DNA of 63,625 bases, the filler included. It is 6 parts of 6 records of this genome, joined end to end, with 100 filler letters (N's around TTAATTAATTAA, not from the genome) between each part and the next. Parts side by side here need not be neighbours in the genome. Positions count along the whole stretch, not along the records: positions 38,294 to 50,667 come from DRR723986_10429; positions 50,768 to 58,323 come from DRR723986_10431; 4 more parts are not named here. The stretch is one strand, 5' to 3'. Of this stretch, positions 48,949-57,894 are shown one piece after another. The stretch's first letter is position 1, and each line of letters starts with the position of its first letter. A program made the position numbers and the translations under genes. The notes beneath the pieces were generated by a model. That model was not told the DNA's origin and made no database searches. It saw nothing but the letters and a program-made list of their open reading frames with translations.

Positions 48949-49482
48949 TCAGGCAGTCGCCAGTTCCATGACCTGCGCCGGCTCTCTGCAACCGGGAAAG
49001 AGCTCGTATTCTACGTGTTCCACAACTGCAAATCCCAAAGATCCGTAAAAGGCGACTGCGCCCGCGCTGGCGCATAGCACCGTGACCTGAAGCCGCCTTG
49101 CGCTCAAACCTTGACGCTGAACATGCCGGATCAATCTGCGTCCAGTCCCCAATCTCTGGAACGCCTGGCTGATGTAACAGCCCCAGACATAGACAGTTTC
49201 CCCGCGAGCTGCGTAGACGCAGCTTCCGACGATCCGATCGTCATGAAACGCGAGGACCACCCGTTCATCCGTCGCAGGCAGAATGCCACCCAGATCTTCT
49301 CCGGCAAGGGATTCGACCATCGCGGTGGCAGTGTCGCTACCCAATTGTTCCTGGTAGGTTTCCCGCCAACAAGTCGCAAGAAAAGCCCTGAGACGGGATC
49401 TGGGCAGGCCGTCTGATAGATCGCCATCAGACGCAAATTCGACCAGTTCCACCACGTTTCCTGTTCCTGGTTCATCAGGCAA
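48949..49482 (-). CDS. GNAT-family acetyltransferase
   Basis: Acetyl-CoA motif 'FQRLGTGRRL', 'AVAFYGSLGF'. Confidence 0.75.
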   Translation of the reverse strand: MPDEPGTGNVVELVEFASDGDLSDGLPRSRLRAFLATCWRETYQEQLGSDTATAMVESLAGEDLGGILPATDERVVLAFHDDRIVGSCVYAARGETVYVWGCYISQAFQRLGTGRRLIRHVQRQGLSARRLQVTVLCASAGAVAFYGSLGFAVVEHVEYELFPGCREPAQVMELATA

Positions 49483-49537
49483 TCACAGATGAGGAACACC
49501 TCTTCTCGCGCACGGGCAGAACCGGTTCTCCAGCAGC

Positions 49538-49846
49538 CTAACGGTGGCTTGAACCGAATGTTTTTTCAAGCAGCGTCGAGTTGGAACCAGAAGCAGCTTC
49601 GCCAACCGCTTCAAGTTGATCCTGCGTGGTCATGCGCTCGTACGCTTCCCCATCGGACTGTATGCGATACTGCGGCATGCCATCGCGAGCAGGCAACCTG
49701 CCTGTCACACGATACGTCAGGCCGGACATGCCCTTGCCACCGAATACGTTTTTCAGGCGCACGGCCTGCCCTATCCTGAAACTGTGGTCCGAAGAGCCAC
49801 CCGAGGCTCTGCCCTGGCTGGTATTTGCGACCGTTTTCCTGGTCAT
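49538..49846 (-). CDS. Conserved hypothetical protein (SH3-like small alphaproteobacterial family)
   Basis: 'FRIGQAVRL', 'YRVTGRLPARDGMPQYRIQSDGEAYERMT..DQL'. Confidence 0.65.
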   Translation of the reverse strand: MTRKTVANTSQGRASGGSSDHSFRIGQAVRLKNVFGGKGMSGLTYRVTGRLPARDGMPQYRIQSDGEAYERMTTQDQLEAVGEAASGSNSTLLEKTFGSSHR

Positions 49847-50612
49847 GATAACTGGGTATCCTTTGATTTGAAGAATTCGCCGGCTGAGATCCGCCAAGTG
49901 ACGCTATGCTATCGACAGATACGTGTATCAGCCTGTTCAATCGGCATACGGTGGCCACTTCCGTAAACTGTCCTTGATCCGAGAAGGCCAAATGCATGAC
50001 GGAAAGCGGTAAACATCTGCGCCGCCAAATGTGTCATGACCGGTTTCGCGGGTACACTTGTCCAGGGAGGGCGCAGGCCTAAGCAGCACCCTGACAAGGA
50101 AAAAATACACTTATGTACTTTGAATTTTCATGACAAAATAGGCGGTGAGATTGATTTTTATTTTGTTCCGCGCTTATTTTTCTAATTTTCAGCATACACA
50201 TTTTACAATAATAATCAAACATCAAAATATTTTGAGATTTTATTTCTTCCAATTCTTTTGGAATGACCCGAAACGCCCCCTTCTTATAGGGACGATCCAA
50301 GCCGGGCGACCGTAATCACCTGCCCAAGAACATGCGGCATGTGTCATCGGAAACAAGATCCGATTTCCCGGATCAGGCACATTGGGATTCGGCAAATCAC
50401 CCGCTGACGACCTGGCCTTTAAACGACATTAGCCCCCACGAGAACCTGTCCGGTCCATCGCATGGAAAGCGGGAATCCAAAGCACGAATGTAGCTATTGC
50501 GGAAACGGCAAATGCTGAAATTGCTTCCTGGAAACTGTCCAGACAGACCGACAACGCTTCAGCGCAACACACACAGGTGCAAGCAGATCAAATACTGATG
50601 GTGCGGGAAAAG

Positions 50613-50667
50613 TGGCGCACCGGGGAGGATTCGAACCCCCGACCCCCAGATTCGTAGTCTGGTGCTC
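50613..50667 (-). tRNA. tRNA-Arg(ACG), 5' truncated by the contig end
   Basis: Reverse complement: GAGCACCAGA-CTACGAA-TCTGGGGGTCGGGGGTTCGAATCCTCCCCGGTGCGCCA; ACG anticodon, T-loop and CCA present. Confidence 0.92.
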
Positions 50668-50767
50668 NNNNNNNNNNNNNNNNNNNNNNNNNNNNNNNNN
50701 NNNNNNNNNNNTTAATTAATTAANNNNNNNNNNNNNNNNNNNNNNNNNNNNNNNNNNNNNNNNNNNN
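50668..50767. other. Artificial contig spacer
   Basis: N44-TTAATTAATTAA-N44. Confidence 0.99.
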
Positions 50768-50797
50768 CCCAGGGTTCGAATCCCTGAGCCTCCGCCA
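50768..50797 (+). tRNA. 3' end of a tRNA (probably tRNA-Ser)
   Basis: CAGGG-TTCGAAT-CCCTG T-arm followed by AGCCTCC-G-CCA; G discriminator and CTCC end fit Ser; anticodon not visible. Confidence 0.7.
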
Positions 50798-51126
50798 TCA
50801 TTCCTTTTGTCTACGATGTTATCTGGTCGCCTTGCGCGGCTATTTTTGCGTTTGCTGCTTTGGGGTGCTGCTCCCGGATCACGCAACCTCCTCAAAAGTT
50901 ATCAAAATACACTGTCTCGCCCTGTTGGGACGGACGACCCGAGGCGGGATTGCAGGCTAGTTGATCTGGTCACAACGGATCAGACGTCACTCAAAAGCCA
51001 ACTCATCCAGATACCTCAAGCGATGACCACCAAAGGAAAGTTCACGTTGCCTGCGATGGCTCTGCACCGGTTGTGGCCGCCGAAGATGTCGGCGGAATAT
51101 TGCGATAACACAAAGAAAGACACGAC

Positions 51127-51309
51127 ATGAAACGATATCTCATTCTGGCCGTTCTTGGTCTCAGTGCCTGCGAAACGCCTGCTGAAATCTCCGCACGAGA
51201 GCAGCTTGATGCCGCTTGCCTTGCGGGAAATCTCCAGGCTTGCGCGGCGGTTCAGGAACGCGTGGCGGCAGAGAACCTTGCGCTTGCCACAAGTTCCTTG
51301 GCGTTTTGA
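51127..51309 (+). CDS. Small lipoprotein
   Basis: MKR, hydrophobic core and lipobox LSAC; Cys pair 'ACLAGNLQAC'. Confidence 0.7.
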   Translation: MKRYLILAVLGLSACETPAEISAREQLDAACLAGNLQACAAVQERVAAENLALATSSLAF

Positions 51310-51593
51310 TGAGTTGAGGGGTGGGGGGCGGAGCCATTCTCACCGGCACGGGATGTGTGGCACTCAGGCTTGAAACATCCCGGCGGGCGCAGGAAAAAAC
51401 ATCTTCTTTGCGCCGCACCGCCACCCTTTCAACGCTGCCCCTACCACCCTCAAGCCCGTGCAAACGCTATGCCCACTCCCAGATGCCGAAACGGCAGGCG
51501 TGTATATGGGAGCGATATGTTCGGTTGCCGATCTGCCAAAGCACTGTCATGCACAGGCATCCGATCTGCGCAGGTGCAATAAAGAGTTGTTGA

Positions 51594-52760
51594 ATGACCT
51601 TCGAAAGTATTGATCTGTTTTTTAACATCGTCACGACGGGTATCTGCCTGTTTTGCGCACATCTTTTGATGCTCAGACGCCGCGATCCGGGCGTCTATCT
51701 GCCGCTGGCGCTGTTGTTCCTGTTTCAAGGCATTTCCACCGGCGTGGCGGTTATGACCGAGGCTTATGATCCCACCGGGACGGGGCTTTTGTCCCGCTTC
51801 AATTTGATCACCGGCGCATTGGAAATCGCCTGTCCGTTCCTGTTCTGGGTCTATGTGCGTGCATTGACCACAGAAGGCGAGCCAGAGCGCATTGCGAACC
51901 TGCGAAACCACATTGGCCCGATTGTCTTTGTGACCTTGTGTTTCTGGTCCCTGTTCTTCTTTCCAACCGAAATGTCCGAGGCCCAACTGGAAGAGGATGT
52001 TCCGCAACTGGTGGTGGTTTTGCTGGTCGGTTTGGCGGTGTTGGTCGCAGATATTGCCTTCAAGATCATGATCGGCACCTACATCTATCTCACGGTGCGC
52101 CGATTGATGGCTTATCAAACCCGGCTGAAAGAGGTCTTTGCCAGCACCGAGAACAGGGAATTGACCTGGGTTTGGGTCATTCTTGCAAGTGCCGTTTTCT
52201 ACCTTTGCGTCAACTTTGCCTTCACCGGTCTGATCGGGGTCGGCGCCTTCACCGAAGACACTGTTGGCCCGTGGATCAACACTTTAAGCAGTTTTTCACT
52301 GCTGGCATTGTTCTGGGTGATTGGCGTCTGGGGGTTGCGGCAACGCCCCGGACTGGTCCGCATGGCGGTCGTTGAACAGCAGGTGCCGGACATGCCGCCG
52401 GTGCAGAAATACGAAAAATCCGCCCTTGATAAGGACCGCGCCCAACGTATCGCCCGCAAGATCGAAGCGGCGATGGCCAAGGATTTGCTGTACCGCGATC
52501 CGAACCTGTCGCTGTGGGATCTGGCCAAACATATTGGTGTGACCTCGCACTATGTCTCGCAAACCCTCAACACCCATCTGGGCAAAAGCTTTTTTGAGCT
52601 GGTGAACGGCTGGCGGATCAAGGATGCGATCAAGCAACTGACAACAACGGACGCGACCATTCTTGTGATCACCTATGATGTCGGCTTCAACTCGCGCTCG
52701 GCGTTTTACAAAGCGTTCAAGCGCGAGACCGGAAAAACCCCCACGGACCTGCGCAAATAG
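51594..52760 (+). CDS. Membrane-embedded (about 7 TM) AraC-family regulator
   Basis: TM N-domain; 'KYEKSAL', 'LYRDPNLSL', 'VGFNSRSAFYKAFKRETGKTP'. Confidence 0.9.
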   Translation: MTFESIDLFFNIVTTGICLFCAHLLMLRRRDPGVYLPLALLFLFQGISTGVAVMTEAYDPTGTGLLSRFNLITGALEIACPFLFWVYVRALTTEGEPERIANLRNHIGPIVFVTLCFWSLFFFPTEMSEAQLEEDVPQLVVVLLVGLAVLVADIAFKIMIGTYIYLTVRRLMAYQTRLKEVFASTENRELTWVWVILASAVFYLCVNFAFTGLIGVGAFTEDTVGPWINTLSSFSLLALFWVIGVWGLRQRPGLVRMAVVEQQVPDMPPVQKYEKSALDKDRAQRIARKIEAAMAKDLLYRDPNLSLWDLAKHIGVTSHYVSQTLNTHLGKSFFELVNGWRIKDAIKQLTTTDATILVITYDVGFNSRSAFYKAFKRETGKTPTDLRK

Positions 52761-52822
52761 GCCGGCCACTTTTACAAAGTAGATCGGAGACCAAGCCTGA
52801 GCGTTTCCGCGCGGCGGCCGGT

Positions 52823-53305
52823 TTAGTTCTTTTGGCGATAGCTTTCGTGGCATGCGCCGCAAGATTTGCCAACCGCGCCAATCGCTCCGCGCAATGCATC
52901 GAGACCTGCACCGGCAGATTGCTCCATTGCGATGGCAGCTTCGGCAAGTGCCATCCCCTTTTCGGCGGCGGTGCTGCCGGGTTGCCAGATCGCGGGTAGG
53001 GCGCCAGTAATCTCAGTGCCAAGCGCCTCGTTGTCGGACCCCTGAGGCCACATGCGCGACTGATCCATTTGCGCCAATGCTGCAAGATTGCCAGCCGCCG
53101 CACTGGCCGCCTCCGCGTCATAGGCGACATCCCCCTTGGCCATGCCGCCCAGAACGCTGATGTTGAATGCATAAAGCGTCATCTGTGATTGCCGCGCCTT
53201 GACCGCCGCCAAGGTGGCCTTGTCCGCATGACCATCTCCCATTGCCGTTGTGGCAACAACCGCAGCGGCAACAATTCCGCCAATCGCGCAAATACTCCGT
53301 TTCAT
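52823..53305 (-). CDS. Cytochrome c' / c556 (class II cytochrome c)
   Basis: Signal peptide, 'ARQSQM', 'ALPAIW', C-terminal CGACH; GGAGG RBS. Confidence 0.9.
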   Translation of the reverse strand: MKRSICAIGGIVAAAVVATTAMGDGHADKATLAAVKARQSQMTLYAFNISVLGGMAKGDVAYDAEAASAAAGNLAALAQMDQSRMWPQGSDNEALGTEITGALPAIWQPGSTAAEKGMALAEAAIAMEQSAGAGLDALRGAIGAVGKSCGACHESYRQKN

Positions 53306-53396
53306 CCGCATTCCTCCCAAAAACATATATGCGGATCAGTGTAGCTGTGAGAATAATCAAAGGAAGTCGGAATAATTGCATAGGGTTTGCGAAATT

Positions 53397-54239
53397 ATGC
53401 ACAGCTCAAACTGGGACAATCTGCGGTATGTCCTCTCCGTGATCGAGGCCGGATCGGTCAGCGCCGCCGCCCGCGATCTGGGCGTGAACCATGCAACCGT
53501 GCTCAGACGTGTTGCGGCATTCGAAGCTCAGAACGGCGGTGCCCTTTTTGACCGCAACGCAAACGGCTACCGGGTTTTGCCCGGTAAGGAGGCGCTGGTT
53601 CAGGCGGTGCGGGAGGTTGAAAACGCTGTTCTGAGCGTTGAGCGGCTGATGCTGGGGGCAAATCCGCAGCTGAGCGGCGTGGTGCGCATTTCATCCACCG
53701 ACACCATTTGCCAGTATTTGCTGCCCGACGTTCTACAGAGCCTCAAGGCAGAAGCCCCGCAACTTGAGATCGAATTGCTCAGCAACAACAGTCACCTCAA
53801 TTTTGCCCGGATGGAGGCCGATTTGTTTGTGCGCCCCGCGATGACCCTGCCGGAAGACATGATTGCAACATCCGTGAGACCGCTTGTGTTCAAGGCCTAT
53901 GCCATCTCGCCGGATCAGGACCAATGGTTCAGGTTGCAAGGCCCATTGGCGCGATCCGCACCGGCAAAATGGATGTCAGCCAATGTGGCGGAGGACAGCC
54001 TGAGGTCGGGGTCGGACAGTTTTGTCGTCCTGTCGCGCATGGCGCGATCGGGGGCCGGGATCGCGATACTGCCGTCCTTCGTCGGCGACCGTGTTTCCGG
54101 GCTTGTGCATCTGGTGGACAGAATGCCCGACATCGAAGTGCCCATCTGGGTGGGTTCCCATCAGGACTTAAGGGACATCCCGCGCATCCGCGCTGTCAGA
54201 AATTGTGTGATAGCCCATTTATCAACGCCGCAGATCTGA
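53397..54239 (+). CDS. LysR-family regulator
   Basis: 'NWDNLRYVL...GSVSAAARDLGVNHATVLRRV'; divergent from cytochrome c'. Confidence 0.92.
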   Translation: MHSSNWDNLRYVLSVIEAGSVSAAARDLGVNHATVLRRVAAFEAQNGGALFDRNANGYRVLPGKEALVQAVREVENAVLSVERLMLGANPQLSGVVRISSTDTICQYLLPDVLQSLKAEAPQLEIELLSNNSHLNFARMEADLFVRPAMTLPEDMIATSVRPLVFKAYAISPDQDQWFRLQGPLARSAPAKWMSANVAEDSLRSGSDSFVVLSRMARSGAGIAILPSFVGDRVSGLVHLVDRMPDIEVPIWVGSHQDLRDIPRIRAVRNCVIAHLSTPQI

Positions 54240-54471
54240 GGCCGCCATTCTTTCACAAGCTGACCTTCCGGCCTGCGACCGGCCCGGCTATTTGGCAGAT
54301 CACGAGCAGCTCTAGAAACGACACCTGCGAAATTCGGCTGTGTCCGGTTTGGCCGGACAGGACAATCCGCTGTCCTTCCAACTTGGAAGAGACCGTTCTT
54401 GGGGCGGGGTCCGTTAGACCAATCCGGTCAGGCGCTTCAGCCCGGCGGATTTTCTACACGGAGACCACAAG

Positions 54472-56661
54472 ATGACAATGATTGATCCCAGCCCGTTTCT
54501 GGCCCCCTTGGAGGCGGCCATCGCAAACCTCGCAGGGCCCGCGCCAGCGGCCCTTGTGGGCGTGGCGCGAGGCGGGCTCAGCGCACAGACTGCTGCCGGG
54601 GTGAAGACGGTTGGGCAGGATACGCCTGCCGAGGCCGACGCAAAATTCCACATCGCGTCTCAAACCAAGATGATGACCGCAGCCGTGGTCCTGCAACTGG
54701 CCGCTGAAGGGCGGTTCAGCCTTGATGACAAATTGTCCGATGTGATGGATGTCAGCCCGCTTGCGGGGATCGCAAATATCGAAACGGCGACGATGCATCA
54801 GTTGTTGACGCACAGCTCCGGCATTCCTGACTACGTCAGCGACTTTGTCGGCGAGGCCGGAATTCCGAGCCTTTGGATGCGCTTGCTGATGGACCCGCCC
54901 CAGAAAGTCGGCGTTGACGAAGCAATCGAATTCCTGATCGCCCAGAACGCCCCGGCTGAATTTGAACCGGGGCAAAAAGTCGAATATTCCAACACCGGGT
55001 ACTTACTGTTCCAGCTGGCGATTGAACATGTGACCGGCCAACCTCTTGCCGAAGTGTTCCAGGACCGGATATTCGATCCGCTGGGCATGGATGACACGTC
55101 CTTTCCTGGTATCGGTCGGCCCGACGGGATCATCAGTTCCTACAACACCATGGCGGGCCAGCTGATTGATGTAACGCATCTTCCCATTGATGATGCCGGT
55201 GATGGCGGCGTGGTCTCGACAACCGCCGACATGATCAAATTCATGCAGGCGCTCGTGGTCGATAAAACACTGGTGCCCGAAAGCCAGCTTGACGGGTTGG
55301 CGGACATCTTTGATCCAAGCGGGACCGGACTGGGGGACTTCGTTGGCTACAACGGTGGCGCTTTGGGAACAACCAGTCTCACTTTGGTTCACATGCCCAC
55401 CGGAACCATCATCTCAATCGCCCTGACCCATGCCAATCAGGTCTCAGAGTTGTCGTCGCTGTTTGAGCAGGTCAAGAACAACGTTCTGACCAATGAAGCA
55501 TGGTCCAATTCGGCCATCGGTGATGGCCCGTTAGAGTTTGGGTTCAGCGCGGCGGACCTTGGCATCAGCGAAGCCCCCGGTTCGGATGGGGCGCCACAGG
55601 TTCAGTTGCAAATGGAAGGTGTATCGCTGTTTCTGGATGGGCCTCTTGCGGAATTTGATACAGGCCGTCTGACGTTTTCCGATGGGTCGGTTCTGTTTGT
55701 AGCGGAGCATTCCGCGGCGCAATTTTCGGTGGCGCAGCACGCGGCAGAGGCGATGGATGCGGACAATCAGTTGATCGGCCGAGGCGGGAACAACCTTTTG
55801 ATCGCAGGTCATGGCAATGACGCCCTCAGCGGCGGTGCGGGGGATGACTGGCTGGATGGTGGAAAGGGGCATGACGTGGCCCGCTATGACGCGGATCAGT
55901 CGCAGTTCACACTGACCATTGGCCGCGATGGCACAGTGTTGACCGATCGCACGGGCACGCTGGGGGCAGACAAACTGATCTCGATTGAACAGCTGGATTT
56001 TGCCACTGGCAGTATCGATGTGCAGGCTTTGGAAGGGCTCGGAAATGTGCCTGCCTCTGATCTCTTGGGTATCATCGAGCTCTACACCGCCTATTTCAAC
56101 CGCGCTCCGGACGCGGCGGGCCTGGCTTTTTGGGGGGCGGCCATGGCCAATGGAACAACTCTTGCTGATGCGGCAGCCCTGTTTATGGATCAGGACGAGA
56201 CCAGAGCGGCCTATCCCGAGGGGCTGTCCAATGACGCATTTACGGATGCAGTTTACCAAAACGTGCTTGGCCGGATGCCCGATGCGGAGGGCAAGGCGTT
56301 TTGGGTCGAGGTTCTGAATGATGCCGCCAGCGGCGTGGGGCGCGATCATTTTATTTTGGCGGTTTTGGAGGGCGCAAAAGCAATGGCCCAGCCAGATGCA
56401 TCTGCGGAATTTGCGGCGCAACAAATGATTGATCAGGCCTATCTGGAACACAAGACCGACATCGGCACCTATTTTGCCGCGACCCGAGGCATGTCGGAAC
56501 TGAGCGACGCCAAGGCGGTCATGCAGATTTTTGACGGCTCTCTGTCCAGTCTGAACGCTGCACGCGCGGCAACTGATGCGCTTTATGAGAGCGCGGTTGC
56601 TACAGAAGGCGGCGCGTTTCTGGTTCCCATCGTCGGGATCTTGGATGATCCGTTCCTATGA
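54472..56661 (+). CDS. Serine hydrolase (beta-lactamase/D-peptidase family) fused to RTX Ca-binding repeats and DUF4214
   Basis: SxxK 'SQTK', 'LLTHSSG', YxN 'YSN'; RTX 'GGAGDDWLDGGKGHD'; DUF4214 'ELYTAYFNRAPDAAGLAFW', 'YQNVLGRMPDAEGKAFW'; no signal peptide. Confidence 0.85.
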   Translation: MTMIDPSPFLAPLEAAIANLAGPAPAALVGVARGGLSAQTAAGVKTVGQDTPAEADAKFHIASQTKMMTAAVVLQLAAEGRFSLDDKLSDVMDVSPLAGIANIETATMHQLLTHSSGIPDYVSDFVGEAGIPSLWMRLLMDPPQKVGVDEAIEFLIAQNAPAEFEPGQKVEYSNTGYLLFQLAIEHVTGQPLAEVFQDRIFDPLGMDDTSFPGIGRPDGIISSYNTMAGQLIDVTHLPIDDAGDGGVVSTTADMIKFMQALVVDKTLVPESQLDGLADIFDPSGTGLGDFVGYNGGALGTTSLTLVHMPTGTIISIALTHANQVSELSSLFEQVKNNVLTNEAWSNSAIGDGPLEFGFSAADLGISEAPGSDGAPQVQLQMEGVSLFLDGPLAEFDTGRLTFSDGSVLFVAEHSAAQFSVAQHAAEAMDADNQLIGRGGNNLLIAGHGNDALSGGAGDDWLDGGKGHDVARYDADQSQFTLTIGRDGTVLTDRTGTLGADKLISIEQLDFATGSIDVQALEGLGNVPASDLLGIIELYTAYFNRAPDAAGLAFWGAAMANGTTLADAAALFMDQDETRAAYPEGLSNDAFTDAVYQNVLGRMPDAEGKAFWVEVLNDAASGVGRDHFILAVLEGAKAMAQPDASAEFAAQQMIDQAYLEHKTDIGTYFAATRGMSELSDAKAVMQIFDGSLSSLNAARAATDALYESAVATEGGAFLVPIVGILDDPFL

Positions 56662-56668
56662 TGGGAAA

Positions 56669-56760
56669 CCCCATTCATCCTGCGCGACTGCTTCGCGGCA
56701 GTGTTCCGCAAGGCGTTAAGACCTTTGAGTATTGGCCCTGACGACGCAGGATGAATGGGG
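56669..56760. repeat. 92-bp element bounded by perfect 16-bp inverted repeats (MITE-like or long hairpin)
   Basis: CCCCATTCATCCTGCG (56669-56684) and CGCAGGATGAATGGGG (56745-56760), 60-bp spacer. Confidence 0.8.
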
Positions 56761-56953
56761 CAATGTCTTGGGCGTGCCGGTGTCAATCGTTGAATTCATG
56801 ATCAGGGGGTGGTCGCAAAAGGCTTGTCACTATGGCACCCGGATTTCGGCGGATCTTGCGAGTGGAAACTTTCACAACCCGACTGCCCTGAGTTGTGATA
56901 GGCTGGCGCTATTGAAAGATGTCTATTTCCCAAACCACACAAGGATAGCGCCA

Positions 56954-57703
56954 TTGCCTTACCCAAGTAGAACCGCCGAAAGTGATCTCTATGCATATCT
57001 CGTTTCCAAATATCTCGATGAGATCAGGGCGCCAAGGAATTACATGGTTTGTGTTGTGACGTCCGCCTCTGGTCATGTCTTCGTCGCGACCTCGGGCAGT
57101 GGCGATAGCATGATCGGGACCAAAGCGGTTCCAGATTTTCTGACCAAGGCCAATTGGTGGGGTGATTTGGACGGCGATAAGATGGGTAAGGGCAAGTTGA
57201 AGAAAGCCACAAGATACGCCCGTGATGATGTCGGTTCGGATGATCCCGAGAAAGCCGCGCGGGGGGCCGAAGCGGTAAGCCTGTTGGCGAAACACAAGTT
57301 GGCGACCGAAGCACCGGCCCGCAGTTCACCCGTCGGGTTAGGCGTGGCAAGTGCGGCAATTGCGGACAATTTGACGGCGCCAGATTATAAATACAGCAAG
57401 CCCGGTTCCTCTGTGATCTATGACACAAGCAGAGGCCGCCGGGACTGCGCCGAACCTCGCGCGCTTGAATTGGCGGGAAACGCGGGCGGCAAGATCACCG
57501 GGATGACAACAATCTGGCATGGATCGCCTGATCACAAGAACTACCGTGACTATGTGGACGACAGAAAGTTTGCAGATGTCACGATCAACGCGGCGAAGCC
57601 CTGTGATTTCTGCGTCGCCAACGAAGCAAGGGTAATGGCCGAGGTTGACCGTGCCACGACGCAGCCGACCGGCACTTTGCGGCGGCGCCATTCGATTGGC
57701 TGA
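56954..57703 (+). CDS. Orphan zinc-dependent deaminase-fold protein (CAE...PCxxC)
   Basis: 'YMVCVVT', 'HVFVATSG', 'RDCAEPRAL', 'ITGMTTIW', 'AKPCDFC'; in-frame TTG at 56954 with AAGGA 8 nt upstream (the ORF extends back to 56732). Confidence 0.7.
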   Translation: MPYPSRTAESDLYAYLVSKYLDEIRAPRNYMVCVVTSASGHVFVATSGSGDSMIGTKAVPDFLTKANWWGDLDGDKMGKGKLKKATRYARDDVGSDDPEKAARGAEAVSLLAKHKLATEAPARSSPVGLGVASAAIADNLTAPDYKYSKPGSSVIYDTSRGRRDCAEPRALELAGNAGGKITGMTTIWHGSPDHKNYRDYVDDRKFADVTINAAKPCDFCVANEARVMAEVDRATTQPTGTLRRRHSIG

Positions 57704-57894
57704 GGGAGCCCGACCCTAGATCGCAGTTTGCATTCGTTTGGGTGCGGATGCGGGACATGGAAGCAGGCCGCGGACCGAGCGTCGATCAATTGTGTTGCGA
57801 TTCAACGCTGCGACTTGGGCGCGCTCAGACAGATACTCCACATAACGCAACCGGCTTTGTGAAGCCCGCTTCGCCTGGGGCTTGGCCCGATCCC

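Noticed and set aside
50613-50797. tRNA pieces on both sides of a spacer suggesting a split tRNA or att pair
   Set aside because: Different tRNAs (Arg versus probable Ser) on opposite strands and different contigs; these are assembly breaks
56732-56953. N-terminal 74 codons of the 323-aa deaminase ORF as a delivery domain
   Set aside because: Overlaps the inverted repeat and promoter-like DNA and lacks an RBS; the TTG at 56954 is better supported, though the start remains unproven
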